Of a stretch of 64,000 nt of DNA, positions 31,350 to 43,951 are shown one piece after another; the stretch's first letter is position 1; each line of letters opens with the position of its first letter. Source of the stretch: the human T2T-CHM13v2.0 reference genome, Homo sapiens; assembly GCF_009914755.1 (NCBI RefSeq), contig NC_060927.1; one strand, written 5' to 3'. The notes beneath the pieces were generated by a model. That model had not been told where the DNA came from. It did not search any database and was given only the letters and a program-made list of their open reading frames with translations. The position numbers and the translations under genes were made by a program.

Positions 31350-31805
31350 TGTGATGGTTAATTTTATGTGTCAACTTGACGGCCAAAGAGTGCTCAGATA
31401 TTTGGTTAAATCTTACTCTGAGTCTGTCTCTCTTTAAGGCTGTCTGTGGATGAGATTAACATTTGACTCCATGGACTGAATAAAGGAGATGGTCCTCCCC
31501 AATGTGGGTGGACCTTATCCAGTCCATTGAAGGCCTGAAAGAACAAAAGACTGAGAAAAAAAGAATTAATTCTCTCCTCCTCCCTGTCTTTGTGCTGGGA
31601 CATCATAGGTCTTCTCCTGCCTGTACACTTGGACTTGGACTGGAATTTACATCATGGACTCCCTGGGTTCTGAAGTCTTTGGATTGTGGATATTGAGACT
31701 TCTCAGCTTCCCTAACTGCATGAGTGAATTATTTATAATAATTATTAAATAATTAATAAGTATCTTCTATTGGTTCTGTTTCTCTGGAGAGCCTTGACTA
31801 ATAGT
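31350..31805 (+). mobile_element. MLT2 (B/C/D-type) ERVL solo LTR
   Basis: tgtgatggttaattttatgtgtcaacttgac ... ctattggttctgtttctctggagagccttgactaata. Confidence 0.9.
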
Positions 31806-31834
31806 ATATCTATTTGTTTTCTTTTTTTAAAGGA

Positions 31835-31990
31835 TAACTTCCTTAAAGTGTTGGGGTCATGTTTTGAAGTGTTTGATGCATATTGTCAAGTGTCCGTAGA
31901 AACACTATAGCAATTTACATTCCTACAGCAATGTTAAAAAAGAAAGTGCCCGTTTTCTCACACTTTGGCCAGGACTGGGTATTATCATTT
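31835..31990 (-). mobile_element. L1ME-type fragment
   Basis: caatttacattcctacagcaatg...gtgcccgttttctcacac...ctgggtattatc. Confidence 0.55.
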
Positions 31991-32402
31991 GTGGTTGAAT
32001 TTCAGTAGCCGTTTTTCCCCCTCTTCTTTCCTTAGCTGGACACAAGGCGGCTTGCAATAAAGATTTCTTCTTTGCATCTCTTGTAGCTAGATGTGGCAAT
32101 ATAACCAAGCTTTAGCAATCAGATCTACAAAGAAGTGATCTGTGCAGTTTCTGGAATGTTTTCTCTAAGTGAATGACATGTCCTCTTTCCTCCATATTTG
32201 TCTCTGCTACTCAAAATGTAAATGTATCTGATGATCCAACAGCCATTTTGGACCATGGTTTCCACAGAGAGAAAGGACCTAAGTCCATGACACCTGAACC
32301 TGTACTATGAACTTTGAACTCTCTGTCCCTAGAATACTGACAGAGAAATATATTTCTAACTTGTTTAATCTACTTGCAGCTAAATTTAGTCTTACTTATA
32401 CA
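31990..32402 (+). mobile_element. Old MLT1 LTR (I/J-like)
   Basis: tcttgtagctagatgtggc, cagccattttggaccatg, and end cttgcagctaaa...cttataca. Confidence 0.65.
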
Positions 32403-32830
32403 TTATTCTTTTTAGTCTTTATAGTATAGGTGAAAAATAAAATTTTATTTTTGTTACACATAGCTCTCTTGTCATCTGTTTGGAAGTTATAATTTTTGGA
32501 GCGTTACTCCTGCTTTTAGCTAAGCAAAGAAGAAAACACATGAAGAGATTTTCCTTCTTTTTATATCTGAAGTGACATATTGCTAGGGTTCTTCTAAATA
32601 TGAAAGAGTAAATTTGTTAATACCACATTTCTCTTTAATTCAGAGATTGAAAGATAAGGTTGCTCAGATCAACAGATATTTATTGACCTATTCTATTCAA
32701 TTGATACTTGAATGTCTAGATTTTAATCGAAATGAATTTCAGAGTTAGTGGATTTTAATAATGATAAAAAAAATCAAGGTGTGTCAGATCTTGCTGATTC
32801 CTTCAATAAAATAGAAGCAACTGAAATTAG

Positions 32831-33300
<470 letters not shown>

Positions 33301-34227
33301 TGTTTGGTCACGTTCTCTTCGGACAGACAGAGTGGAAGAATAAACAGTTCTGGTGTACAGCCGGCTCGTTATTTCAGGTGTAGCACTGCCATTTTGTGAT
33401 AACTCTGCCAAGTCAAGGTTCTAGGCAAAATACTCGAAAGGAAACAGAAATGGCAAGAAGGAGAGTGCACTGCACTTCTTTAAAGTCACCGCTTAGCCTT
33501 CTTTTAGGCCCTTGGACTGATTTTCACTAAACAGACTAGTTTCTTTAAATTTAAACTTTTGCTTATTCCCATGGTAGAGGCATCACATAAGACCCAGTCT
33601 CTACTTTGGTGCACCAGGCACCTCTCTCCTTTCAGCATTAGAAGGTGAAGCCACATGCCCTCATCTAAATCCCTGAGAGTTCATAATGCAAGTATGTCAC
33701 AGTGTTCTTGGAGAAAACCTCTATTACAGATATTCTTCTTGGCTACATTTCAGCAACATGAGAATTGCTTTAACTGCTATTCCTGATTCCACCAAACTCC
33801 TCACCTGTCTTTATAATAAAATAACTTTGAATTTTAATATATGTGATTAAAAACAAATTTTCAGCTACAGGATCAGTTTATGCATGAAGTTTCATAACTG
33901 TTCCGTTTCCTTTCAAGAAGGTATGGCGTATTGTTAATATTTAACTTGGTGTTTATCCATTCTGGTGTTTTATCCTTAATTATCAAGTTGTCTCATTGGT
34001 TGTCATTTCTATGAAGTAGAGCTTTTTCCAGATAAAACACATCTGAGTGGAATGTTTTCATCTTCCCATCTCAAACTCTGCAGCTAGGATAATAGCAAAA
34101 GGATAGATGAGATATAATCCCAATTTATAGAAGCAATATACCATATGAGTTGGAGATCTTAAATATCCTGTGTAAAAGATAAGGACATAAATTAGGAAGG
34201 AGTTTAAAAATTATTTGATTTAGCCAC

Positions 34228-34345
34228 TTTGTTTTACAGATTTTTAAAAAGTCTGAGATTCAGAGAGGTTAGATGACTTGCTCAAGGTCACACAACTAAG
34301 CTAGTGACTGAGCTGGTAATAGAAATAGGCCTCCTGGAGCTTTGT
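34228..34345 (-). mobile_element. MIR core
   Basis: ttttacaga...ctgagattcagagaggttagatgacttgctcaaggtcacaca. Confidence 0.8.
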
Positions 34346-34922
34346 AAAGTCAATATTAAGTAAAATGAACTAAATCCTAGCATTTCCAAATGTCTGCAGA
34401 GTATTACAATTCCTTTAGGCCTATTTGATGGGAGTTTAACAAAATTTGTAATTCAGACATATTTTGGAAAGGAAAATATTACACTGCAGGAATTAGGTAC
34501 TGATGTACTTCCAAGCACTTCATTAAAATGTTTGATTTAAATCAAGAAAAACTGATTATTAGTGATGTATTCCTGCTGATTTATGAGAAGCTGTAAGTAA
34601 GTAATATAGGGTGAAGGGATGATGATAAAGACACAGGTGAGATAAGTGGCCGACCTGGAATGCAAATATATGTGGTGGTCTATGTGAATATGTTTGGAAA
34701 AAGCTTTTTTTTTTTTTTTAAATAACTTTCTCAACATTAAACATTCTCAGTGTCTCAGTGTCTGCGTTTATTGTTCAGACTTTTATTTTTCTTCATTCTA
34801 TATTGTTTCCACTGTGGTCTTATGACGCATAGGACAAATACTAGCATGATGATTATGATATATTTTCATGACAAATTAGTGTTCTTTCAATTGAATATAA
34901 TTAATAATAATGAATGCATTTT

Positions 34923-35265
34923 ATTTTATTTTTTTTGAGACATAGTCTCAATGTGTTGCCCAGTCTGGATTACAGTGGTGCAATCTCCGCTCACTGCAAC
35001 CTTTGCCTTCCAGGTTCAAGTGATTCTCCTGCCTTACCCTCCTGAGTAGCTGGGACTACAGGTTCAAGTGATTCTCCTGCCTCAGCCTCCTGAGTAGCTG
35101 GGAATACAGGCATGCGCCACCATGCCCGGCTAATTTTTGTATTTTTAGTAAAGATGCCGTTTCACCATGTTGGCCAGGCTGGTCTTGAACTCCTGATCTC
35201 AAGTGATCCACTCACTTTGGCCTCCGAAAGTGCTGGGATTACAGGCATGAGCCACCATGCCTAAC
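34923..35265 (-). mobile_element. AluSx/Sz with internal 48-bp tandem duplication
   Basis: TSD aatgaatgcatttt at 34909-34922 and 35266-35279; duplicated units at 35011-35058 and 35059-35106. Confidence 0.95.
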
Positions 35266-35889
35266 AATGAATGCATTTTTAAAAACATTTAAAATATTAA
35301 TTCTTATTTTTTGAGTGGAGTTACAGAGAATACTCAGGTTGCTAAAACATTGGCTAAAAATTTGGCTTTAAGTAACTAGTTTTTATCTTGACAAGTTTGT
35401 GGTTATTCTACTATGTGGCTGAATGAACTCAGGGCAAAAGCAACTAGTCAGTTATGCCAAATTCATTAAATTCAGTTGGCCAACATGCTAGTTTGATTAG
35501 ATAAAAGCACAATCAAATCAGATGGCGAGAATGAGAAATATTGGTGCTTGATCTGCTCAATGTTTTATTTGTAAGTTTGAACACAACACTGAGAGGGGAA
35601 CCTCCAAGAGAATGCCAGAAAACCATCTTCTCTGCTCTCATCTTATCTCTTTGCTTGGCTCCATTTGTCTCTGTGCTTTGGAACCATGTGGGTGAGGAAA
35701 ATTCACTTCCTTCCCTGTCTGTGACTAAGAAAAGAATCAAGCTCATTATCCTTAGTCTGCTCCAAAATTGTGAATCAGATTAGACTATGAAAAATAGCGA
35801 TAACAGCTATGACTGTTCCAGAAAAGGAATTATATTAAAGCTCATATGTTGTCTTTTTATGTTTGATTCTTTGCCTAGAGAGAAATGAT

Positions 35890-36095
35890 TAATAACTATA
35901 AGATCTAACATGTGTTTTATGTTTACTATATATAAGTACTGCTTAATACTACCTAATAGTATACATCACTTATTATTAATGTTTCCATTTTACAGATAAA
36001 GTAATAAAGACAGTGAGGTTAAGCTACTTGCTTAAGAATTAAGCAGCTCATAATTGGGCAGAGCTGGATTTAAATGCAAATCTTAATCATTCTGC
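35890..36095 (-). mobile_element. MIR
   Basis: ccattttacagataaag...gaggttaagctacttgc...gcagagctggatttaaa. Confidence 0.75.
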
Positions 36096-36649
36096 TCTTC
36101 TTCCTCTTAATTAGAGCTCGGTTTAGAAATATTCAAAAAGAAAGCAATCTGTGTGACTCAAAACAAATTACTCATGGCAATTAAAAGCCCATGCAAAATG
36201 AGAAATTTAACAGATGCCTTGAGATATTAATCCATCTGGTTGTTTGGAAACAAGAATTGTAATTATAGCTTCCATAAACAACCACCTCAGGCTATCTGAG
36301 AAATACATAGATAGAAAACATTTTATGAGATAACCTAGTATATTCTTTGTCTTCAACCCATGTGATGACTAGAATGACAATCTTGAAAGTCATTTGAATT
36401 ATTGGGATCTTTTTTCAATAAGTATTTATTTGTTAATATTATAAACAGTTTAAATAATTTGAAGATATAGTTCTTATCTTCATGAAATATACTGTTAGGA
36501 AAACTAAAATTCCCATTATACATTAGATAAACATGTATAATCACATAATTATATTTTGTTAATTACTGCAATGAGTAATACACACAGCAAACCCTTGCAA
36601 TCTCCAAACTTTTCTAGGTGTATTTAAATAGGGGTAGAACAACATGGAA

Positions 36650-37460
36650 CAGGCATTAGAAGTTTCATGAAGGAGGTGAGCTTGAGCTAGGAATAAAATG
36701 CTGGGTAAAATTTAAGAGGGTGGCGAAGCCAGCATACAAAGTGGGAGGTAGGACCAGGTGGATATGTTCTAAGAGACAGTGAAAAGACCACTGTGGCTAG
36801 GACAAAGGAGTTGTAAGAAGTAGCTGAGTGGGTAAAGTTAGGTCATAGGCTTAGGAGTTTGTACTACATTTTATAGTGGTATGGAATTATGAGAAGTTTT
36901 AATGAGATGTTGATATAGTTTGAGCATGTGTCCCCACCAAATCTCATGTCAAATTGTAATCCCTAGTGTTGGAGATAGGGCCTGGTGGGAGGTAGCTGGA
37001 TCGTGGGGGTGGTTTTCTCATGAACGGTTTATCACCATCCCTGTTGGTACTGTTCTTACAACAGTGAGTGAGTTCTCATTAAATTTGGCCATTTAAAAGT
37101 GTGTAGCACCTCTCTGCTCTCTCTCTTGCTTCTGCTCCTGCTATGTGAGACACCTGCTCCCTCTTTGCCTTACACCATGATTGGAAGCTTCCTGAGGCCT
37201 CCCCAAAAGCAGGAGCTGCTATGGTTCTTGTATAGCCTGCAGAACCATGAGCCAATTAAACCTCTTTTCTTTATAAATTACCCAGTTATTTCTTTATAGC
37301 AGTGTGAGAACAGATTAATGCAGATGTTAAAGTGTTTTAGGATGGCAGTAGCAAAGTGATGGAGAATGGACTGGAAAAGGACAATCTCAATTTAGGAGAA
37401 TGCCTAAGAGTCTGGTGTATAAACCCTGGTATGGAGCAGGAGGTATGAAATAGGATGGAT
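36650..37460 (-). mobile_element. L2 relic split by an MSTA LTR
   Basis: gaaggaggtgagcttgagct, gaccactgtggctagg, aggagtttgtact, ggagaatggactgga. Confidence 0.6.
36911..37322 (+). mobile_element. MSTA solo LTR (ERVL-MaLR)
   Basis: tgatatagtttg...gcagaaccatgagccaattaaacctc...attaatgca; 5-bp TSD gatgt at 36906-36910 and 37323-37327. Confidence 0.93.
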
Positions 37461-38847
37461 TCTTCTGCCTCCTAACAGGAAGTCAGTTAAGCTAACTAAT
37501 GCCAGTGCTCTTCCCTGGGGTGGTTGGAATAAGATGGAGCCAGAACAAATGTATCTCAAGAAATAAGAGTTCCAGAGCTCAAAATAAAAAAGTCAAATCC
37601 ATTCTCAGGTTATAAGGACAAGAAGGAGGCTGAAGAAGGATTGGATTCCTTTGATTAAAGGATTCCTTTGATTAAAGGAATCCAAGTAAAGGCAAGATTT
37701 GACCAAGAGTTTAGGAGATAGTATGGGAATGAAGTGAGAAGGTTGTAGGAAGGACCACAGTTTTCCTATAATAAGGGCTAGATTTTACATAATCTTTCTA
37801 AGGGATGCCAGTCCCATGGTTTATCAGTTAGTTATTCTGAGCACAGGATGCTTCTGGATTCAGTTAGCTAGTATTTTGTTGAGGATTTTTGAATCTGTGT
37901 TCATCAGGGTATCGTTCTGTAGTTTTCCTTTTTTTGTTATGTCGCTTCCTGGTTTTAGTATTAGGGTGATACTGGCTTCATAGAATGATTTAGGGAGGAT
38001 GGCCTCTTTCTGTATCTTTTAGAATAGTTACAGTAAGATTCATACCAATTCTTCTTTGAATGTCTGATAGAATTCAGCTGTGAATCCATCTGGTCCTGGG
38101 CATTTTTTGTTGTTGTTCTTGGCAACTTTTTAATTTCTGTTTCAATCTCACTACTTGTTATTGGTCTGTTCAGAGTTTCTATTTTTCCTGATTTAATCTA
38201 GGAGGGTAGTATATTTCCAGAAATTAATCCAACTCCTCAAGGTTTTCACGTTTGTATGTGTGAAGGTATTCATAGTAGCCTTGAATTATCTTTTGTATTT
38301 CTGTGGTATCAGTTGTAGTATCTCGAATTTCATTTCTAATTGAGCTTATTTGGATCCTCTCTCATCTTTTCTTGGTTAATCTTGCTAACAGTCTATCAAT
38401 TTTGTTTATCTTTTCAAAGAACAGTTTTTGATAATTTATCTTTTGTATTTTTTTGTTCAATTCTTTCAATTTTATTTAGTTCTATTATGATCTTTATTTG
38501 TTTTATTCTGCTGGGTTTGGGTTTGATTTGTTCTTTTTCCTCTAGTTCCATGAGGTGTGACCTTAGATTGTCTATTTGTGTACTTTTGACTTTTTGATGT
38601 AGGTGTTTAATATTGTGACCTTTCCTCTGACTACTGCACTTCCTGTATCCTAGAGATTTTGATAGGTTGTGTAACTATTATAGTTCAGTTACAAGAATTT
38701 TAAAATTTCCATCTTGATTTCATTGTTGACCCAGTGATCATTCAGGAGAATGTTATTTAATTTCCATGTATTTGCATGGTTTTGAGGGTTCCTTTTGGAG
38801 TTGATTTCCAATTCTATTCCCCTGTGGTCTGAGAGAGTAGTTGATAA

Positions 38848-39151
<304 letters not shown>

Positions 39152-39567
39152 TTTCCTTAAGTTTATTGTGACTCATTTTCTGGCTTATCATATGATCTAT
39201 CTTGGAGAATGTTCCATGTGTTGATGAATAGAATGTATATTCTGCTGTTGTTGGGTAGAATGTTCTGTAAATATCTGTTAAGTCCATTTGTTCTAGGGTG
39301 TAGTTTAAATCCATTGTTTCTTTGTTTACTTTCTGTCTTGATGAGCTGGCTAGCACTGTCAGTGGAGTATAGTGGATTATTGAAATTTCCTACTGTTATT
39401 GTGTTGCTGTCTATCTCATTTCTTAGGTCTAGTAGTAATTGTTTTATAAATTTAGAAGTTCCAGTGTTAGGGGTGTATATATTTAGGATTGTGATATTTT
39501 CCTATAGGACAAGTCCTTATATAATGTCCCTCTTTGTCTTTTTTTTTTTTTTTTTTTACTGTTGTTA

Positions 39568-39859
<292 letters not shown>

Positions 39860-40825
39860 ACTGTTGTTACTTTAAAGTCTGTTTTGTCTGATATAAGAAT
39901 AGCTACTCCTGCTTGCTTTTGGTTTCCATTTGCATGGAATATCTTTTTTCACCCCTTTACCTTAAGTTTATGTGAGTTCTGATGTGTTAGGTGAGTCTCT
40001 TGAAGACAGCAGATACTTGGTTGGTAAATTTTTACCCATTCTGCCATCTGTATCTTTTAATTGGAGCATTTAGGCCATTTACATTCAGCATTAGTATTAA
40101 CGTAAGTTACTGTTCTATTCATCATGCTAGCCATTGCCTTAATACTTTTTTTTCATTTTATAGGCCCTGTGAGATTTATGCTTTAAGGAGGTTCTATTTT
40201 GATGTATTTCAAGGTTTTGTTTTAAGATTTAGAGCTCCTTTTATCATTTCCCATAAGGCTGACTTGGTAGTGCCAAATTCTCTCAGCATTTGTTTGTCTG
40301 AAAAAATACTTTGTCTTTCTTCCATTTATGAAGTTTAGTTTTGCTGTATACAAAATTTTTGGCTAACAATTTATTTGTTTCAGGAGGCTGAAGATAGGAC
40401 CTCAATTCCTTCTGGCTTGTAGGGTTTGTGCTGAAAAATCTGCTGTTAACCTGATAGGTTTTGTTAGTAGGTTACCTGATGCTTTTGTCTCACAGCTCTG
40501 AAGATTCTTTCCTTCATCTTGACTTTAGATAACCCAATGACTATGTGCCTAGGTGATGATATTTTTGCAAAGAATTTTCCAGTTGTTCTTTGAGCTTCTT
40601 GTATTTGGATATCTAGATCTCCAGCAAGGCCAGGGAAATTTTTCTCAATTTTTTCCCTCAAATAAGCTTTCCAAACTTTTGGATTTCTCTTCTTCCTCAG
40701 GAAAATCAGTTATTCTTAGTTTTGGCCATTTAACGTAATTCCAAATTTCTTGGAGGCTTTGTTCATTTTTTTAATTCTTTTTCTTTGTCTTTGTCTGATT
40801 GGATTAATTCAAAACCCTTGTCTTC

Positions 40826-41607
40826 CATTTATGCAGCCAACAAACATATGAAAAAAGCTCATCATAACTGGTCATTAGAGAAATGCAAATTAAAACCACA
40901 ACGAGATACCATCTCACGCCAGTTAGAATGACAATCATTAACAAGTCAGGAAACAACAGATGCTGGAGAGGAAGTGGAGAAATAGGAACACTTTTACCCT
41001 GTTGGTGGGAGTGTAAATTAGGTCAACCATTGTGGAAGACAGTGTGGCAATTCCTCAAGGATCTAGAATTAGAAATACCATTTGATCCAGCAATCCCATT
41101 ACTGGGTATATACCCAAAGGATTATAAATCATTCTACTATAAAGACACATGCACATGTATGTTTATTGCAGCATTATTCATAATAGCAAAGACTTGGAAC
41201 CAACTCAAATGCCCATCAATGATAGACTGGATAAAGAAAATGTGGCACATATACACCATGAAATATTATGCAGCCATAAAAAATGAGTTCTTGTTCTTTG
41301 CAGGGACATGGATGAAGCTGGAAACCATCATTTTCAGCAAATTAACACAGGAACAGAAAACCAAACACCATATGTTCTCACTCATAAGTGGGAGTTGAAC
41401 AATGAGAACACATGAACACAGGGAGGGGAACATCACATACCAGGGCCTGTCGGGGGGTCGGGGGTAGGGAGAGGGATAGCATTAGGAGATACTATGTAGA
41501 TGATGGGTTGATGGGTGCAGCAAACCACCATGGCACATGTATACCTATGTAACAAACCTGCATGTTCTGCACATGTATCCTAGCACTTAAAGTATAATAA
41601 TAATAAT
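40826..41607 (+). mobile_element. L1PA6/7-like 5'-truncated 3' end (0.78 kb) with an open ORF2 C-terminal frame (40883-41398)
   Basis: 171-aa frame containing CWRG...CWWECK...FSLISGS; (TAA)n tail; 15-bp TSD aaaa(c/g)ccttgtcttc. Confidence 0.95.
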
Positions 41608-43474
41608 AAAAGCCTTGTCTTCAAACTCTGAACTTCTTTCCACTTGTTCTAGTCTATTGTTGAAACTTTCCAATGGATTTTGTATTTTTCTAAGTGTGTG
41701 TTTCATTTCCAGAAGTTATTATTTTTTCTTAAAGATATCTACTTTTCTGGAGAATTTTTCATCCATAACCTGTAATTTTAAAAATTTCTTTAAGTTGCTT
41801 TTCACCTTTCTCTGGTATCACCTTGAGTAGATTAATAATCAACCTTCTGAATACTTGGCAATTCAGATATTTGTTCTTGGTTTGAATTCACTGCTGGGGA
41901 GCCAGTGTGATCTTTTGGGAGTGTTATAGAATGCTGTTTTGTCATATTACCAGAATTTCTTTTCTAGTTCCTTCTCATTTGGGTAGACTATTTCAGTGGA
42001 AAGGTCTGGAACTCAAGGCCTACTGTTCAGTTTCTTTTGTCCCATGGGGTGATCCCTCAGTGTGGTACGCTCCCCCTTTCCCTAGAGATGGGGCTTCCTG
42101 AGAGCTGGACTGCAGTGATTGTTAATGCTCTTCTGGGTCTAGCCACCCAGTGGAGCTACCAGGATCCGAGCTGGTGCTAGGGAATGTCTGCAAAGAGTCC
42201 TTTGACGTGATCCATCTTCAGGTCTCCCAGCTGTGTAAACTAGTACCTGCTCTGATGGAGGTAGCAGGGGAGTGAAGCAGACTCTGTGAGAATCCTTGGT
42301 TGTATATATGTTTAGTGTGCTGGCTCTCTCAAATTCTGGTTATGCTAGCATTGAAGTTGTCACATTGACAGACGCAGGACCTCTGGTTAGCCAGGATGCT
42401 GGAGTCAGTGGTATTACCTGTTTTCTCCTTCCTGGGAGCAAGGTTACTCTGTAATGAGTTGCTGTAGTGGCTTGAGTTGATTTGCCTCCAGCCAGGAGTT
42501 GGTGCTTTCAAGAGAGCACCAGCTGCAGTAGTAGTAGAGTGATATAAGCTTGCCCTAAGTTGGCCAGGGTAAGTAGTCTCAGGTGATGAGTGAGGCCATA
42601 AGCTTCGAAGAGTTTATGTCTTTTGTGTTCAGCTATTAGGGTGAGTAGAGAAATACCATCAGGTGGGGCAGGGTTAGGTGGGTCTGAGCTCAGAGTCTCC
42701 TTGCGCAGGGCTTGCTGCAGCCACTGTTGCAGATGGGAGGGTGTTTCTCAGGCCAATGGGGTTATGTTCCAGAAGGGATCATGGCTGCCTCTGCTGTGCC
42801 ATATAGTTTTCCAGGGAAGTTGGGGATAGCTGGTAGTGAAAGGCCTTACCCAGCTCCCACACAGTTGGCAAGGCTTGTTTCACTCCCACAGTGTCCTGCT
42901 AATAGCATCAAGTTTATATCCAGGCAGCCTGCCCCAGGCAGTAAGCTTCCCCGCTGAGAAAGCAAGCATGGCTTTCAGGCCTCACTGCTCCCCATCTGCC
43001 CACAATGTTGGTGGTGGCTCTTCTGCTCATATCTGTAGCAGTTCTGATCCACTCCTCAGATTCTGCTCAAGAAAGTTTGTGCCCAGTTGAAATTATTTCA
43101 AAGTTCAGTTAGAAGCTTCTTTCACCCTGTGACCCTTCCCTTATTCTGCTGGATGCCTTCCCTGAGGGCCCCTGTGAGATATCATCAGGGGGCTTCCCTG
43201 GGCCAAGCTGGAGACTGGGAGTGTCTACAAGGCTCCTCCCACTGTGCTTCTACTTTTATATTTTATGCAGCTCTCTAGATCTGTTTCAGCTCTAGGTAAG
43301 GTTAAATCCTTCTCCCATGATCTGGATTTTCAGATTCCCCGGTGACGATACATGTTTGGAGGCAGCTTCACTACTCTCAGACTTTGGGATCTTATAGTTT
43401 TTTGTCTGTTTTGCAGAATTTGCTGTGGTGTGCCACTTCTTTCAAGGATTTGTGAATTTTTTCAGTTTTCCTGG

Positions 43475-43951
43475 TGTAATGGTTAATACTGAATGTCAAC
43501 TTGATTGGATTGAGGGATACAAAGTATTAATCCTGGGTGTGTCTGTGTGAGTGTTGCCAAAAGAGATTAACATTTGAGTCAGTGGGCTGGAGGAAGGCAG
43601 ATCCACCCTTAATCTGGTGGGTACAATCTAATCAGCTTTCAGTGAATATAATGCAGGCAGAAAAAAATGAAAAGGACAGACGGATCTAGCCTCCCAGCCT
43701 ACATCTTTCTCCTGTGCTGGATGCTTCCTACCCTTGAACATCAGACTCCAAGTTCTTCAGTTTTGGGACTCGGACTGGCTCTCCTTGCTCTTCAGCTTGC
43801 AGACAGCCTATTGTGGGACCTTGTGATTGTGTAAGTTAATATATAATAAACACCCCTTTACATGTGTAACTTACATTCTATCTATCTATCTATCAATCAT
43901 CTATCTATCTCCTATTAGTTTTGTCCTTCTAAGAGAACCCTGACTAATATA
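43475..43951 (+). mobile_element. MLT2A1 (HERV-L) solo LTR
   Basis: tgtaatggttaatactgaatgtcaacttgattggattg...gagaaccctgactaata; TSD cctgg at 43470-43474 and 43952-43956; internal (TCTA)n at ~43878-43910. Confidence 0.93.

Noticed and set aside
35400-35600. Homeobox/DUX-like motifs (tgattagataa, caatcaaatca) suggesting an enhancer; similar impression at 3500-3850 and 44950-45350
   Set aside because: Short AT-rich motifs are expected by chance, and conservation cannot be judged from this sequence alone.
40883-41398. 171-aa ORF (also the 210-aa ORF at 22824-23456) as a protein-coding gene
   Set aside because: Both are C-terminal pieces of L1 ORF2 within 5'-truncated, TSD-flanked insertions.
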